Source of the DNA: an uncultured Phycisphaeraceae bacterium
GTDB taxonomy: Bacteria; Planctomycetota; Phycisphaerae; Phycisphaerales; Phycisphaeraceae
DNA: 17,051 bases
Reading direction: 5' to 3'
Assembly: GCA_964609545.1 (NCBI GenBank)
Contig: CAZSSX010000024.1
Coordinates: 1 to 17,051 of the forward strand
The notes below the pieces were generated by a model. The model was not told the DNA's origin. It saw only the letters and a list, made by a program, of their open reading frames with translations, and made no database searches. The translations under genes and the position numbers were made by a program. Below are positions 1-7,082 of the stretch, piece by piece (positions within the stretch are counted from its first letter, which is position 1; each line of letters opens with the position of its first letter).

Positions 1-767
1 TCGCCTCTGCTATTAACCACGGGGATCGCGCGAAGAACCGTTTTGTTTTCATAGTAATACGCATACCCGAAAAACCCGATAGCATCCGCCGTGCCTTGGA
101 TGCCTTTAACTAAAACATTATCATCTTCCGATGCAGTGACATCGCTACGGATGGCGCCCTTTTTCCCCGCAACCACACTCTTAAAATAATCAAAAGTTCC
201 CGAGTCTGTACCTGGGATAAACATCTTGATTTTTTTATGAGGCCAATCGGAATTCACATCACTCCAAAACTTAGCCTGCTTACCATTATCTAAAAATATT
301 TTTTTCAACTGCTCGATAGTGATCTGTTTCACAAATTTATTTTTTTGACTCACCACAATCGATAAGCCATCATAAGCAATCGGAAGCTCCACAAATTCAA
401 CACCCGCTGCCTTGGCCGCTTTAACTTCTTTAAGCTTGATGGATCTAGACGCGCCGGAGAGATCGATTTCTTTTTTCACGAATTTTTTAAATCCGCCACC
501 CGTCCCCGAGAATCCCACCGATATTTTCACGTGCCGATGAATTTTGCCATACTCTTCGACCACCGCCTCGGTGATTGGAAAAACCGTGCTCGAGCCATCA
601 ATGACCAAACTCTTTTTTCCCATTTCATGTTTCACCTGGGAGACGCTGCCATCTGCCTGTGTTTTCGAATCCGTGGATTCAGACTTGCCGCATCCCGTAG
701 TGGCCAAGCCGATTGATCCGAGGAAAACTGCCGCCAACCCTGTGCCTAATATACCTGTAATATTCAT
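1..767 (-). CDS. pstS: Phosphate ABC transporter substrate-binding lipoprotein PstS (partial; C-terminus beyond window start)
   Basis: Reverse-strand translation from ATG (complement of 765-767) with GGAG RBS gives MNITGILGTGLAAVFLGSIGLATTGCGKSE... (signal peptide + lipobox-like TTGC). Followed by ...SLVIDGSSTVFPITEAVVEEYGK...ISVGFSGTGGGFKKF...GASR..., the hallmark PstS/PBP-superfamily motifs (SSTVFPI, GSGTGGG). ORF runs off the 5' edge of the window, so it is absent from the supplied ORF track. Confidence 0.8.
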   Translation of the reverse strand, partial: MNITGILGTGLAAVFLGSIGLATTGCGKSESTDSKTQADGSVSQVKHEMGKKSLVIDGSSTVFPITEAVVEEYGKIHRHVKISVGFSGTGGGFKKFVKKEIDLSGASRSIKLKEVKAAKAAGVEFVELPIAYDGLSIVVSQKNKFVKQITIEQLKKIFLDNGKQAKFWSDVNSDWPHKKIKMFIPGTDSGTFDYFKSVVAGKKGAIRSDVTASEDDNVLVKGIQGTADAIGFFGYAYYYENKTVLRAIPVVNSRG

Positions 768-961
768 CACTTTTTCTCCAATGATGTGATTAATTGACTG
801 ATCTCTGCCGATCAATCTCGATGCACAAATCATAGCCCGTGATTATGAGTGTTTGATTAACACCCGATTAAGCTTTGATCACAATTAAGCTAATAGCCTC
901 CGCGTTAACAGCTTGCAAAGCCAACGCTAACACGATGCTCATAATCCGACATTTTGCGCAT

Positions 962-1004
962 GAAAAAAGCCGCATTGCTTTGAACGCAACACGGCTTTTA
1001 TTTG
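962..1004 (-). terminator. Rho-independent terminator downstream of rplI (hairpin flanked by A-run and T-run, so it could act in either direction)
   Basis: AAAAAA-AGCCGCATTGC-TTTGAAC-GCAACACGGCT-TTTTATTT at 962-1004. About 9 of 11 stem positions pair. On the minus strand the hairpin is followed by TTTTTT, immediately 3' of the rplI stop at 1031. Confidence 0.5.
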
Positions 1005-1030
1005 TTATTCTTTAATAAATCAGGAGAAGC

Positions 1031-1579
1031 TTATCCTTGAGCTGATTCCTCGGTTTCGACCACAGCGCCTTCTTCGGCATTCTCTTCTGTTTCCTCTTTT
1101 GTTTCCTCTTTTTCTTCTTCGAGAGGCTTATCAGATACAACCCAAAGCTTGATCTCAGTCTTAAGATCAGCAGCCAATTGAATAGGAATATAATAAGTAT
1201 CCAAGTGCTTGATCTGCTCGCCTGTACGCACGTAGCGATCTTCGATAGCAAAACCATTGGCTCGTAATGCCTCTGCGATGTCATGCTGATTGACACCACC
1301 AAAAAGAATCCCTTGATCATTGGCTGAGCGCTCAAGAGTCAATTCGTAATTTTCTAATTTTGCAAAAATAGCTTCTTGTTTTTTACGCAAGACTGCAAGT
1401 TCCGCTGCCACCTCAGCCCGACGTTCCGCAAGCTTGGCCACATTACCAGGCGTCGGAACAATGGCTTTGCCACAGGGAAGCAAAAAGTTTCTTGCATATC
1501 CAGCTTTGACTTTAACCACATCACCAACGATGCCTAGGCATTCAATTGTTTCAGTTAGGAGTACTTCGATTGCTTTCAT
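1031..1579 (-). CDS. rplI: 50S ribosomal protein L9 with extended acidic C-terminal tail
   Basis: MKAIEVLLTETIECLGIVGDVVKVKAGYARNFLLP... is the canonical L9 N-domain. Start chosen at the second ATG (MKAIEV), which has AAAGAGGA 5 nt upstream; the ORF-track start at 1594 (MKEDIMK) lacks an RBS. C-terminus KPLEEEKEETKEETEENAEEGAVVETEESAQG is an unusual acidic extension. Confidence 0.85.
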   Translation of the reverse strand: MKAIEVLLTETIECLGIVGDVVKVKAGYARNFLLPCGKAIVPTPGNVAKLAERRAEVAAELAVLRKKQEAIFAKLENYELTLERSANDQGILFGGVNQHDIAEALRANGFAIEDRYVRTGEQIKHLDTYYIPIQLAADLKTEIKLWVVSDKPLEEEKEETKEETEENAEEGAVVETEESAQG

Positions 1580-1640
1580 GATGTCCTCTTTCAAATAAGG
1601 AGTTAGACGCTCAAGTCATCATGCCTAAGCGCCAACATGT

Positions 1641-1667
1641 AAAAAAAATAGGCTAACATTTAGCCTA
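1641..1667 (-). terminator. Intrinsic terminator between ssb and rplI
   Basis: Plus strand AAAAAAAA-TAGGCTA-ACATT-TAGCCTA (7-bp perfect stem, 5-nt loop). On the minus strand the hairpin is followed by T8, directly 3' of the ssb stop at 1679. Confidence 0.5.
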
Positions 1668-1678
1668 CTGATGTTTGT

Positions 1679-2209
1679 TTAGAATGGGATATCTTCTTCT
1701 TCAATAGGCTGATGCGCCGGTGCGCCAGCTGTGGACCCCGATGCGTAGTCATCGTTCCCGCCAGAGGAATATCCGCCGGCCGCTGCGGAGCCTTGATTCT
1801 GCGCCGCAGGTGCTGCAGGAGCCGACGACCCCGAACCCGATGCCGATGGCGGAGGATTGCCGTTGCCTTGACCCGCTGGGCGTGCATCAATAAACTGAAA
1901 GCTCTCTAAGACAACCTTAAGTTTCGAGCGATTACCACCCTCTTTGTCTTGCCATTGATCTAATTTAAGGCGTCCCTCTACGAAAAGAGGCCGTCCTTTA
2001 GTGAGATATTGGCTCAAAAGCTCAGCTTGCCTTCCCCATGCTTCGATATCCACAAAAGTAGTTTCCTGCTGACGCTCGCCGCTTTGATTTTTCCAATCAC
2101 GGTTGATGGCCATACCAATATTAGCCACCGCGGTATTGTTAGGCGTGTAACGTAATTCGGGGTCTCGCGTCAGGTTTCCCATGAGCATCACTTTGTTTAA
2201 ATTAGGCAT
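1679..2209 (-). CDS. ssb: Single-stranded DNA-binding protein SSB
   Basis: MPNLNKVMLMGNLTRDPELRYTPNNTAVANIGMAINRDW... OB-fold, then a Gly/Ser/Ala-rich flexible linker and the canonical acidic tip ...EEEDIPF. Start at internal ATG with AGAGGATAAAT upstream; the track's longer 190-aa version starts 14 codons earlier without an RBS. Confidence 0.85.
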   Translation of the reverse strand: MPNLNKVMLMGNLTRDPELRYTPNNTAVANIGMAINRDWKNQSGERQQETTFVDIEAWGRQAELLSQYLTKGRPLFVEGRLKLDQWQDKEGGNRSKLKVVLESFQFIDARPAGQGNGNPPPSASGSGSSAPAAPAAQNQGSAAAGGYSSGGNDDYASGSTAGAPAHQPIEEEDIPF

Positions 2210-2285
2210 ATTTATCCTCTGTTTCTTCGATATAAAATGAGGCCTACCCATAAAAATAGTAGGCTTTTAGAAATGGCTTATTCTA

Positions 2286-2693
2286 TTATTTAGTTGCCGG
2301 CGCAGCCGCTTCAGAAGAAGCCTCTTCAGTCACTGCGGGGGCCAATGATTCGTTGCCTTCTTTGATCGCAGCTTCTAGCTCAACTTCAGCCATATGCGTA
2401 GGGCGTGTCACCATAACGCGTAAAACAGATTCTGAAAGATTACAGTCTCGGTCTAAACCCGTTAGCTTCTCGCCATCCGCACGGAAATACGCAATCAAAT
2501 ACGTGCCTCGTTTTTGACCATCAATTTCATAAGCAAGACGGCGCTCTTCCCATTTATGTAACGTAATCACTTCAGCCTCGGCACGATCTAAAAGACCCTT
2601 CACGTGATCGATGCAATTAGTCATACCCACCGTGACCGCTTCTTGCGTCATAAGGAAAAGTGCTTCGTATAGATTCGTAGTAGTATCAGACAT
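2286..2693 (-). CDS. rpsF: 30S ribosomal protein S6
   Basis: MSDTTTNLYEALFLMTQEAV...LHKWEERRLAYEIDGQKRGTYLIAYFRADGEKL...ESVLRVMVTR matches the S6 fold pattern (YE..F...P, W..R.LAY.I). GGAG RBS 9 nt upstream of ATG. Gene order S6-SSB-L9 is the conserved cluster. Confidence 0.85.
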   Translation of the reverse strand: MSDTTTNLYEALFLMTQEAVTVGMTNCIDHVKGLLDRAEAEVITLHKWEERRLAYEIDGQKRGTYLIAYFRADGEKLTGLDRDCNLSESVLRVMVTRPTHMAEVELEAAIKEGNESLAPAVTEEASSEAAAPATK

Positions 2694-3006
2694 TTTAAAC
2701 TCCGTCTATTTTGATGCTTCGGTCAACCGACACGACGATGCTGGTCACAGGACCCAAAAAGTGGGCCGAAGTATCTTTATTGAACACAACATTCTAATTC
2801 AAATGCCCCAGAAAGGCAAAAGCATCACACAATTTATCTAAGGCACCGCACCATTGGCGTTAAATCACTATTTTAACTAGACTTGCAAACCAAGATCTTC
2901 TTCATCCAAGCCCATCTTCCCAAAAATGCCATTCCAAATTCTGATTTCCACAACGATGCCAACGTTTTTCGTAGATAATACCCAGAGACTTTAAAGGAGT
3001 ATCACG

Positions 3007-3312
3007 ATGACACACCCCAACCCATCCCCACCACCAACCACCTTAAAAATCATCTGTGTGTTTCTGGTCACAGCAGCACTCATCGCCATCTACAGCATCT
3101 ATCTAACCGGCGAAGCCCGCACCACCTCCGCCCAGATAGCCATGCAACAATTTAACGAGAATCAGCGGGACGTCTCCCGAGATTTACAGACCTACGACAC
3201 AATCAAGCAGCTTTACGAATTCTTAATCGGGCCCATCTGGTTGATCGGCGTCTGGCTCACTTTTAAAACCGAATTCAAATCACTATTTAAAAAAACAACC
3301 CATACCCCATAA
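3007..3312 (+). CDS. Small hypothetical membrane protein (Pro/Thr-rich N-terminus, two predicted TM helices)
   Basis: AAAGGAG RBS 7 nt upstream of ATG. Hydrophobic stretches IICVFLVTAALIAIYSIYL and LIGPIWLIGVWLTF. 40 bp upstream of the SPFH gene, same strand. Composition (P/T/H-rich) partly mirrors the C-rich strand bias, so coding status is moderate. Confidence 0.45.
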   Translation: MTHPNPSPPPTTLKIICVFLVTAALIAIYSIYLTGEARTTSAQIAMQQFNENQRDVSRDLQTYDTIKQLYEFLIGPIWLIGVWLTFKTEFKSLFKKTTHTP

Positions 3313-3351
3313 CCCCATAGCCATGCAAAAGCATGACAAAGGATTTTTAAA

Positions 3352-4410
3352 ATGAACAAAAAGATGACCGCTATTTTTACAACCATTGCCCTGATTACCT
3401 TTTTCGGGCTAGTCGCCATGACCGTGCTAGTCAAACCTTACGACACACCCGAATATCAAATGATCGGGAACTCCGAAACCGCATTCCTCATCGAGCTCGA
3501 AGGCAATGCTTCAGTCAAACTAGAAACCCCCAAAGATTACGAAAGCACAAAGGTCATGCAAAAACGCGTCCGCATCACCCACCTTTGGGTACAAGAAGGC
3601 AGGCTACCCAATGATGGAAAATATGTCGCCGCAGTCAAACTCATCCGAGTCGATCGCGCACCAGTGACACGAGAATGGACACCCGATGCAACCTCTGGCA
3701 CTTCCTCCAGAGACGATGCCATCTGGGTAGAATCAGCCGACTCCATCGGCTTTGCCATCGGTTTTAACTGCACCGCATTAATCGAAGAAACCTCAGCCGC
3801 CAAGTTCCTCTATCGCTACCCCTCGCAAACCAAAGCCAGCTCCAGACTAGCCAAAGTCATGGACTCCGAAATCCGCAACAAAGTCCAATCCCTAGCCGCC
3901 AACTTTGCCGCAAGATACAATCTAGACGAGCTAAGAAGCAAAAAAAATGAAATGCTCAAAGCCATCAAAGAGGCCGTCATCCCACATTTCCAATCCAAAG
4001 GCATCACCATCAGCATGATCGGCATGTACGGCGGATTCACCTACCAAAATAAAAATATCCAAAATGCCATCGACAAAGTCTTCGAAGCGCAACAAGAAAA
4101 AAATAAAGAAGCAGCACTCCTAGAAGCAATGAAAACCAAAGAAGCCAGACTCAAATCAGAAGGCGTAGCTGAAGCCAACCGAGACCGCGAAATCGCATCA
4201 GGCAAAGCAGACGCTATCAAAATCATTAACCAAGCACTCAAAGAAGCCAACTCCAACCCCATCTTTATCAAAATGAAATTGATCGAAGTCGAAAATAACC
4301 GCATCAAAAAATGGAGCGGACAAGTACCCAGAATGATCTTTAATTCAGGCGGCGGAAAAAACAACACCGGCTTCGTACCCCTCCTACAAATACCCACAGA
4401 TATGCCATAA
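3352..4410 (+). CDS. SPFH/Band-7 (stomatin/HflK/C/flotillin-like) membrane protein
   Basis: N-terminal TM (AIFTTIALITFFGLVAMTVLV). Central region with the SPFH-like pattern (…LAKVMDSEIRNKVQSLAANFAARYNLDELRSKKNEMLKAIKEAVIPHFQSKGITISMIGMYGGFTYQN…). Then an Ala/Glu/Lys-rich coiled coil (EAQQEKNKEAALLEAMKTKEARLKSEGVAEANRDREIASGKADAIKIINQAL) typical of the HflK/C-flotillin C-terminus. AAAGGA RBS 9 nt upstream. Confidence 0.55.
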   Translation: MNKKMTAIFTTIALITFFGLVAMTVLVKPYDTPEYQMIGNSETAFLIELEGNASVKLETPKDYESTKVMQKRVRITHLWVQEGRLPNDGKYVAAVKLIRVDRAPVTREWTPDATSGTSSRDDAIWVESADSIGFAIGFNCTALIEETSAAKFLYRYPSQTKASSRLAKVMDSEIRNKVQSLAANFAARYNLDELRSKKNEMLKAIKEAVIPHFQSKGITISMIGMYGGFTYQNKNIQNAIDKVFEAQQEKNKEAALLEAMKTKEARLKSEGVAEANRDREIASGKADAIKIINQALKEANSNPIFIKMKLIEVENNRIKKWSGQVPRMIFNSGGGKNNTGFVPLLQIPTDMP

Positions 4411-4436
4411 CCTAAAACAGCAATACATCCCACAAT

Positions 4437-4474
4437 AAAAAGCGAGGGCGCCTCACAGCGTCCCCGCTTTTTTA
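4437..4474 (+). terminator. Rho-independent terminator after the SPFH gene
   Basis: AAAA-AGCGAGGGCGC-CTCACA-GCGTCCCCGCT-TTTTTT. 11-bp GC-rich stem with 1 mismatch and 1 G·U pair, 6-nt loop, T6 tail, starting 27 bp after the stop codon. Confidence 0.6.
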
Positions 4475-4587
4475 CGATATACTGTGCCCAGCAAACCAAA
4501 CACTTAACCCATACCACCCCTGCTTGACCGCCGACCAACCCCTTGCCGTCACCCTATTTTGAATTTATTTTTTTTAAAAGAGCATCC

Positions 4588-5250
4588 ATGAAACCTACCA
4601 TTTTAATCCCACTTCTTTTTGGCGTAATGTTTTCATACCTCGGCGTAAAACATCTCAACTTTTATTTACACACACAAGCCACCCCACAAACCCTCAGCCT
4701 AGCCGACTTAGAATCCCAAGGCTACAGCAACAATGCCCATCTCATACTCACCGATTTTTCCATGAAATTAACCAACCCAGTCTACAAAGAAAAATCTGAA
4801 AGCAACCACATCGCAGATTTTTCCATCCCCCTAATCTCCACCCAAAGCCAGTATTACCGAACACTCAAGCAGATCCTTCAAACCCACCCCATCCGCGAAA
4901 ACACCTTAAATATCACAAGCCCAAAAAAATTCCGCGTACTCCTCTTAAACCCCGCCATCAACAGCAAAGACCAAGCAACAAAATTTATCCAAAATCACCA
5001 ACACCAACAGCTACAAGGCATCATCGTCAATGATATCTATGACCTACCCAATGCCCAGCGCAAACGCTACCAAGAAGCATACCCCCAGCAGGATATGACA
5101 GACATCCTCCTGTTTTCAGTCGGATACCAACCCCCATCGGGCATCTTCGCCGCCGGCTCCTTAGCCCTGAGCGCAATCAGTTGGACCCTCTGTTTGTATT
5201 TTATTTTCCGTAAGAAACAACAGCCTTATCTCAATACCCCTCTAAGCTAA
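4588..5250 (+). CDS. Hypothetical bitopic/two-TM membrane protein (Gln/His-rich central region)
   Basis: ORF-track start at 4543 is a TTG; the first ATG (4588, MKPTILIPLLFGVMFSYLGV) begins directly with a TM helix. A second hydrophobic segment lies near the C-terminus (IFAAGSLALSAISWTLCLYFIF). Weak RBS (AAAAGAG). No recognisable family; not NfeD-like. Confidence 0.45.
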   Translation: MKPTILIPLLFGVMFSYLGVKHLNFYLHTQATPQTLSLADLESQGYSNNAHLILTDFSMKLTNPVYKEKSESNHIADFSIPLISTQSQYYRTLKQILQTHPIRENTLNITSPKKFRVLLLNPAINSKDQATKFIQNHQHQQLQGIIVNDIYDLPNAQRKRYQEAYPQQDMTDILLFSVGYQPPSGIFAAGSLALSAISWTLCLYFIFRKKQQPYLNTPLS

Positions 5251-5292
5251 TTCCCACCCAATACCCCGCCGCCTTCATACAAATCACAAGCA

Positions 5293-5328
5293 TAAAAAAA
5301 CCAAGACCGATCCGATCTTGGTTTTTTT
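5293..5328. terminator. Bidirectional intrinsic terminator between convergent genes
   Basis: AAAAAAA-CCAAGACCG-ATC-CGATCTTGG-TTTTTTT. 9-bp stem with 1 mismatch, flanked by an A-run and a T-run, lying between the stop of the + gene (5250) and the stop of the - gene (5350). Confidence 0.6.
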
Positions 5329-5349
5329 ATGATCACTTATTCTGTTTTT

Positions 5350-6315
5350 TTAAGCCCCAGCTTTAGCCGCTTTTTTCGCCGCCTTGGCAGCTGCTTTTTC
5401 GACCAATTCTTGTATTTCCGCCCGCGATTTAGGCGCTGCTTTCTTCGCCGCCTTTTCCGCTTGCTTAACCGCCTTGGCTTGCTTCTCCGCTAAAACTTCA
5501 TCCCACCCATCAATCGACGCCTTGGCCTGAGGCAAATAATCTTCCGCGGGCATCAGCGAGGGGAACCACGCCCGATCCCACTCCAAACAAATATAACCAT
5601 CATAGCCAATCCCCTTGAGCCTCTTCAACGTATTTTCGACACCCGCCGTGCCTTGACCAATCGGCAAAAACCCGCTGCCCCTACCAATCACCGAATCCTT
5701 AATTTTTGCAATCTTAATCCTGCTATTAAGCGTCGTAATCCCCACCCAGCCGCCCTTATCATGCGCATCATAAATCGCACTATTCAATGCATTCCAGCAG
5801 ATCCCAACCATCGGGTGATCAATAATATCGAGCATCCACCACCACTCTTTGGCCTGCGTAAAACTCCCCGCATTTTCAAAAAGAAGCTGCACACCATACT
5901 CCCCCGCCACTTCCGCCAACGGCTTGGCATGCTCCGCTATTCGCGCGATAACCGTACGACGATTCTCCCCAGGCATAACCTCATTACCATAAATACGAAC
6001 CGCCGAACAACCAATCTCCGACGCCGTCTTAATAGATTTAATAATTCCCGACGTCGCAGCACCCAGCCGCGTCAAATCACGATGATGCAATGCATAAGAT
6101 GTACTCAAACAAATCGGCGCAATCTCCCGAGACTCAAAAAGATCCCGCACCTTAGAAGCATCGCTCAATGCCGGATCACAAGCCAGTGGGCTTTCCTCAC
6201 CGCCTAACGTACGCAGCTCAACCCCAGCAAAACCAAATGCCTTGGCTTTGTCAACGACCTGCTCCAGGGTCCATTCGGGGCAAGCGACGGTGCTAAATGC
6301 AAGCTTGGTAGACAT
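5350..6315 (-). CDS. Sugar-phosphate isomerase/epimerase (xylose-isomerase-like TIM barrel) with C-terminal Lys/Ala-rich histone-H1-like tail
   Basis: From internal ATG: MSTKLAFSTVACPEWTLEQVVDKAKAFGFAGVELR...YGVQLLFEN...GICWNALNS...GYDGYICLEWD, the characteristic AP-endonuclease-2/xylose-isomerase-like TIM pattern. Final ~45 aa AEKQAKAVKQAEKAAKKAAPKSRAEIQELVEKAAAKAAKKAAKAGA are AKKA-repeat-like. The longer 366-aa version starting at 6450 adds 45 aa with no signal peptide or RBS. Confidence 0.75.
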   Translation of the reverse strand: MSTKLAFSTVACPEWTLEQVVDKAKAFGFAGVELRTLGGEESPLACDPALSDASKVRDLFESREIAPICLSTSYALHHRDLTRLGAATSGIIKSIKTASEIGCSAVRIYGNEVMPGENRRTVIARIAEHAKPLAEVAGEYGVQLLFENAGSFTQAKEWWWMLDIIDHPMVGICWNALNSAIYDAHDKGGWVGITTLNSRIKIAKIKDSVIGRGSGFLPIGQGTAGVENTLKRLKGIGYDGYICLEWDRAWFPSLMPAEDYLPQAKASIDGWDEVLAEKQAKAVKQAEKAAKKAAPKSRAEIQELVEKAAAKAAKKAAKAGA

Positions 6316-6482
6316 AAGCGGTATATCCTTTACTAGGCGCAGCAAGCTGCGATGATCTCTATCAGAAACAAGAAGCCTAATTCTAACCTCCTCCCTTGAA
6401 ATTGCCAAAACTGACCCGCCAAACTCCCCATAAAATTCACCGCAACTCACTTTTCCCCCGCGCCAAGCCCACCTCCCCCACC

Positions 6483-6511
6483 TTGCGACCCTAGCCCCTT
6501 CATATTATAAA
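6483..6511 (+). promoter_or_regulatory. Candidate sigma70-type promoter for the HIT gene
   Basis: TTGCGA-N17-TATAAA, about 45 nt upstream of the ATG at 6557. Sequence inspection only. Confidence 0.25.
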
Positions 6512-6556
6512 AGCCCTAACTTTGTGTTACCTCATCTTTTCTAAAAAGGCTCAAAT

Positions 6557-6988
6557 ATGAATCACCCTACCGATCCAGATTGTATTTTTTGCAAAATCAT
6601 CGCCGGACAAATCCCCGCCTACCAACTTTACCAAGACCCCCACGTCCTAGCCTTTCTAGACGTCGGGCCCATCGCCCCCGGACACACCTTAATCATACCC
6701 AAAGCCCATTACCCCACCCTCGATACAATGCCCCCCAACCTCGCCGCACATTGCATCAAAATCGCACCGACCCTCATCAAAGCCATCCAAAAAGCCACCG
6801 GCGCAACAGCCCTCAACCTCCTACAAAACAACGGCGCCATCGCCGGACAAGCCGTCAACCACGTACACTTTCATCTCATCCCACGCACAAAAAATGACGC
6901 ATTTAAATACACCTGGCCAGCACAAAACCTAAAAGAAACCCAAGGATTAGCCCTACTCGAAAAAATTAAAAAACATCTCAACACTTAA
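6557..6988 (+). CDS. HIT-family (histidine triad) nucleotide hydrolase
   Basis: CIFCKII zinc-ribbon-like N-terminus and histidine triad HVHFHLIP (HxHxHxx). Length 143 aa, typical of HINT proteins. Confidence 0.85.
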   Translation: MNHPTDPDCIFCKIIAGQIPAYQLYQDPHVLAFLDVGPIAPGHTLIIPKAHYPTLDTMPPNLAAHCIKIAPTLIKAIQKATGATALNLLQNNGAIAGQAVNHVHFHLIPRTKNDAFKYTWPAQNLKETQGLALLEKIKKHLNT

Positions 6989-7012
6989 AAACAAACCCAA
7001 ATCGCTCAACCC

Positions 7013-7048
7013 AAAAAAAAAACACGCAATACATCGCGTGCCTTTTTA
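7013..7048. terminator. Weak bidirectional terminator between convergent HIT and sulfatase genes
   Basis: A10-CACGC-AATACATC-GCGTG-CCTTTTT. 5-bp stem, A-run upstream and T5 downstream. Confidence 0.35.
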
Positions 7049-7082
7049 AATTTGTAAATTCAAAATCGTTTATCCCATCGCC

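Noticed and set aside
531-789. Two + strand ORFs (61 and 81 aa)
   Set aside because: Antisense to the well-supported pstS coding sequence; short, no RBS, composition consistent with antisense artefact.
786-960. Possible Pho-box upstream of pstS (three GATTAA-containing segments, partial palindrome TTGACTGATC…GATCAATC)
   Set aside because: Does not match the CTGTCAT-A(A/T)A(T/A)-CTGTCA(C/T) PhoB consensus and spacing is irregular. Would need a motif search with a clade-specific matrix.
1012-1335. 107-aa minus-strand ORF with KKKKRKQKRKQKR stretch
   Set aside because: Alternative frame overlapping rplI; the poly-Lys run is the frame-shifted reading of the L9 acidic tail (GAA/GAG-rich DNA). 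No independent RBS or support.
1660-1909. ORFs 1660-1890(-) and 1712-1909(+), Arg-rich
   Set aside because: Overlap the ssb Gly/Ser/Ala-rich linker region in other frames. Arg-rich translation typical of out-of-frame GC-rich linker DNA.
2611-2841. 76-aa + strand ORF
   Set aside because: Overlaps the rpsF start and promoter region in antisense. No RBS, no recognisable features.
2872-3006. Possible sigma70 promoter (TTGCAA … TAGATAAT) upstream of the 3007 gene
   Set aside because: No -35/-10 pair found with 16-19 bp spacing. TAGATAAT is a decent -10, but no adequate -35 lies at a proper distance.
3213-4538. Four minus-strand ORFs (73-165 aa) antisense to the SPFH gene region
   Set aside because: All lie antisense within or overlapping strongly supported + strand genes and the terminator at 4437-4474. 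Hydrophobic or Ala/Ser-rich translations typical of antisense frames.
5653-6207. 184-aa + strand ORF (Arg/Asn-rich)
   Set aside because: Entirely antisense to the sugar-phosphate isomerase gene. Extreme R/N/P composition, no RBS.
6580-6897. 105-aa + strand ORF (R/P/H-rich) overlapping HIT gene
   Set aside because: Alternative frame of the HIT gene. The HIT frame has the conserved HxHxHxx motif; this one is a compositional artefact of the C-rich strand.
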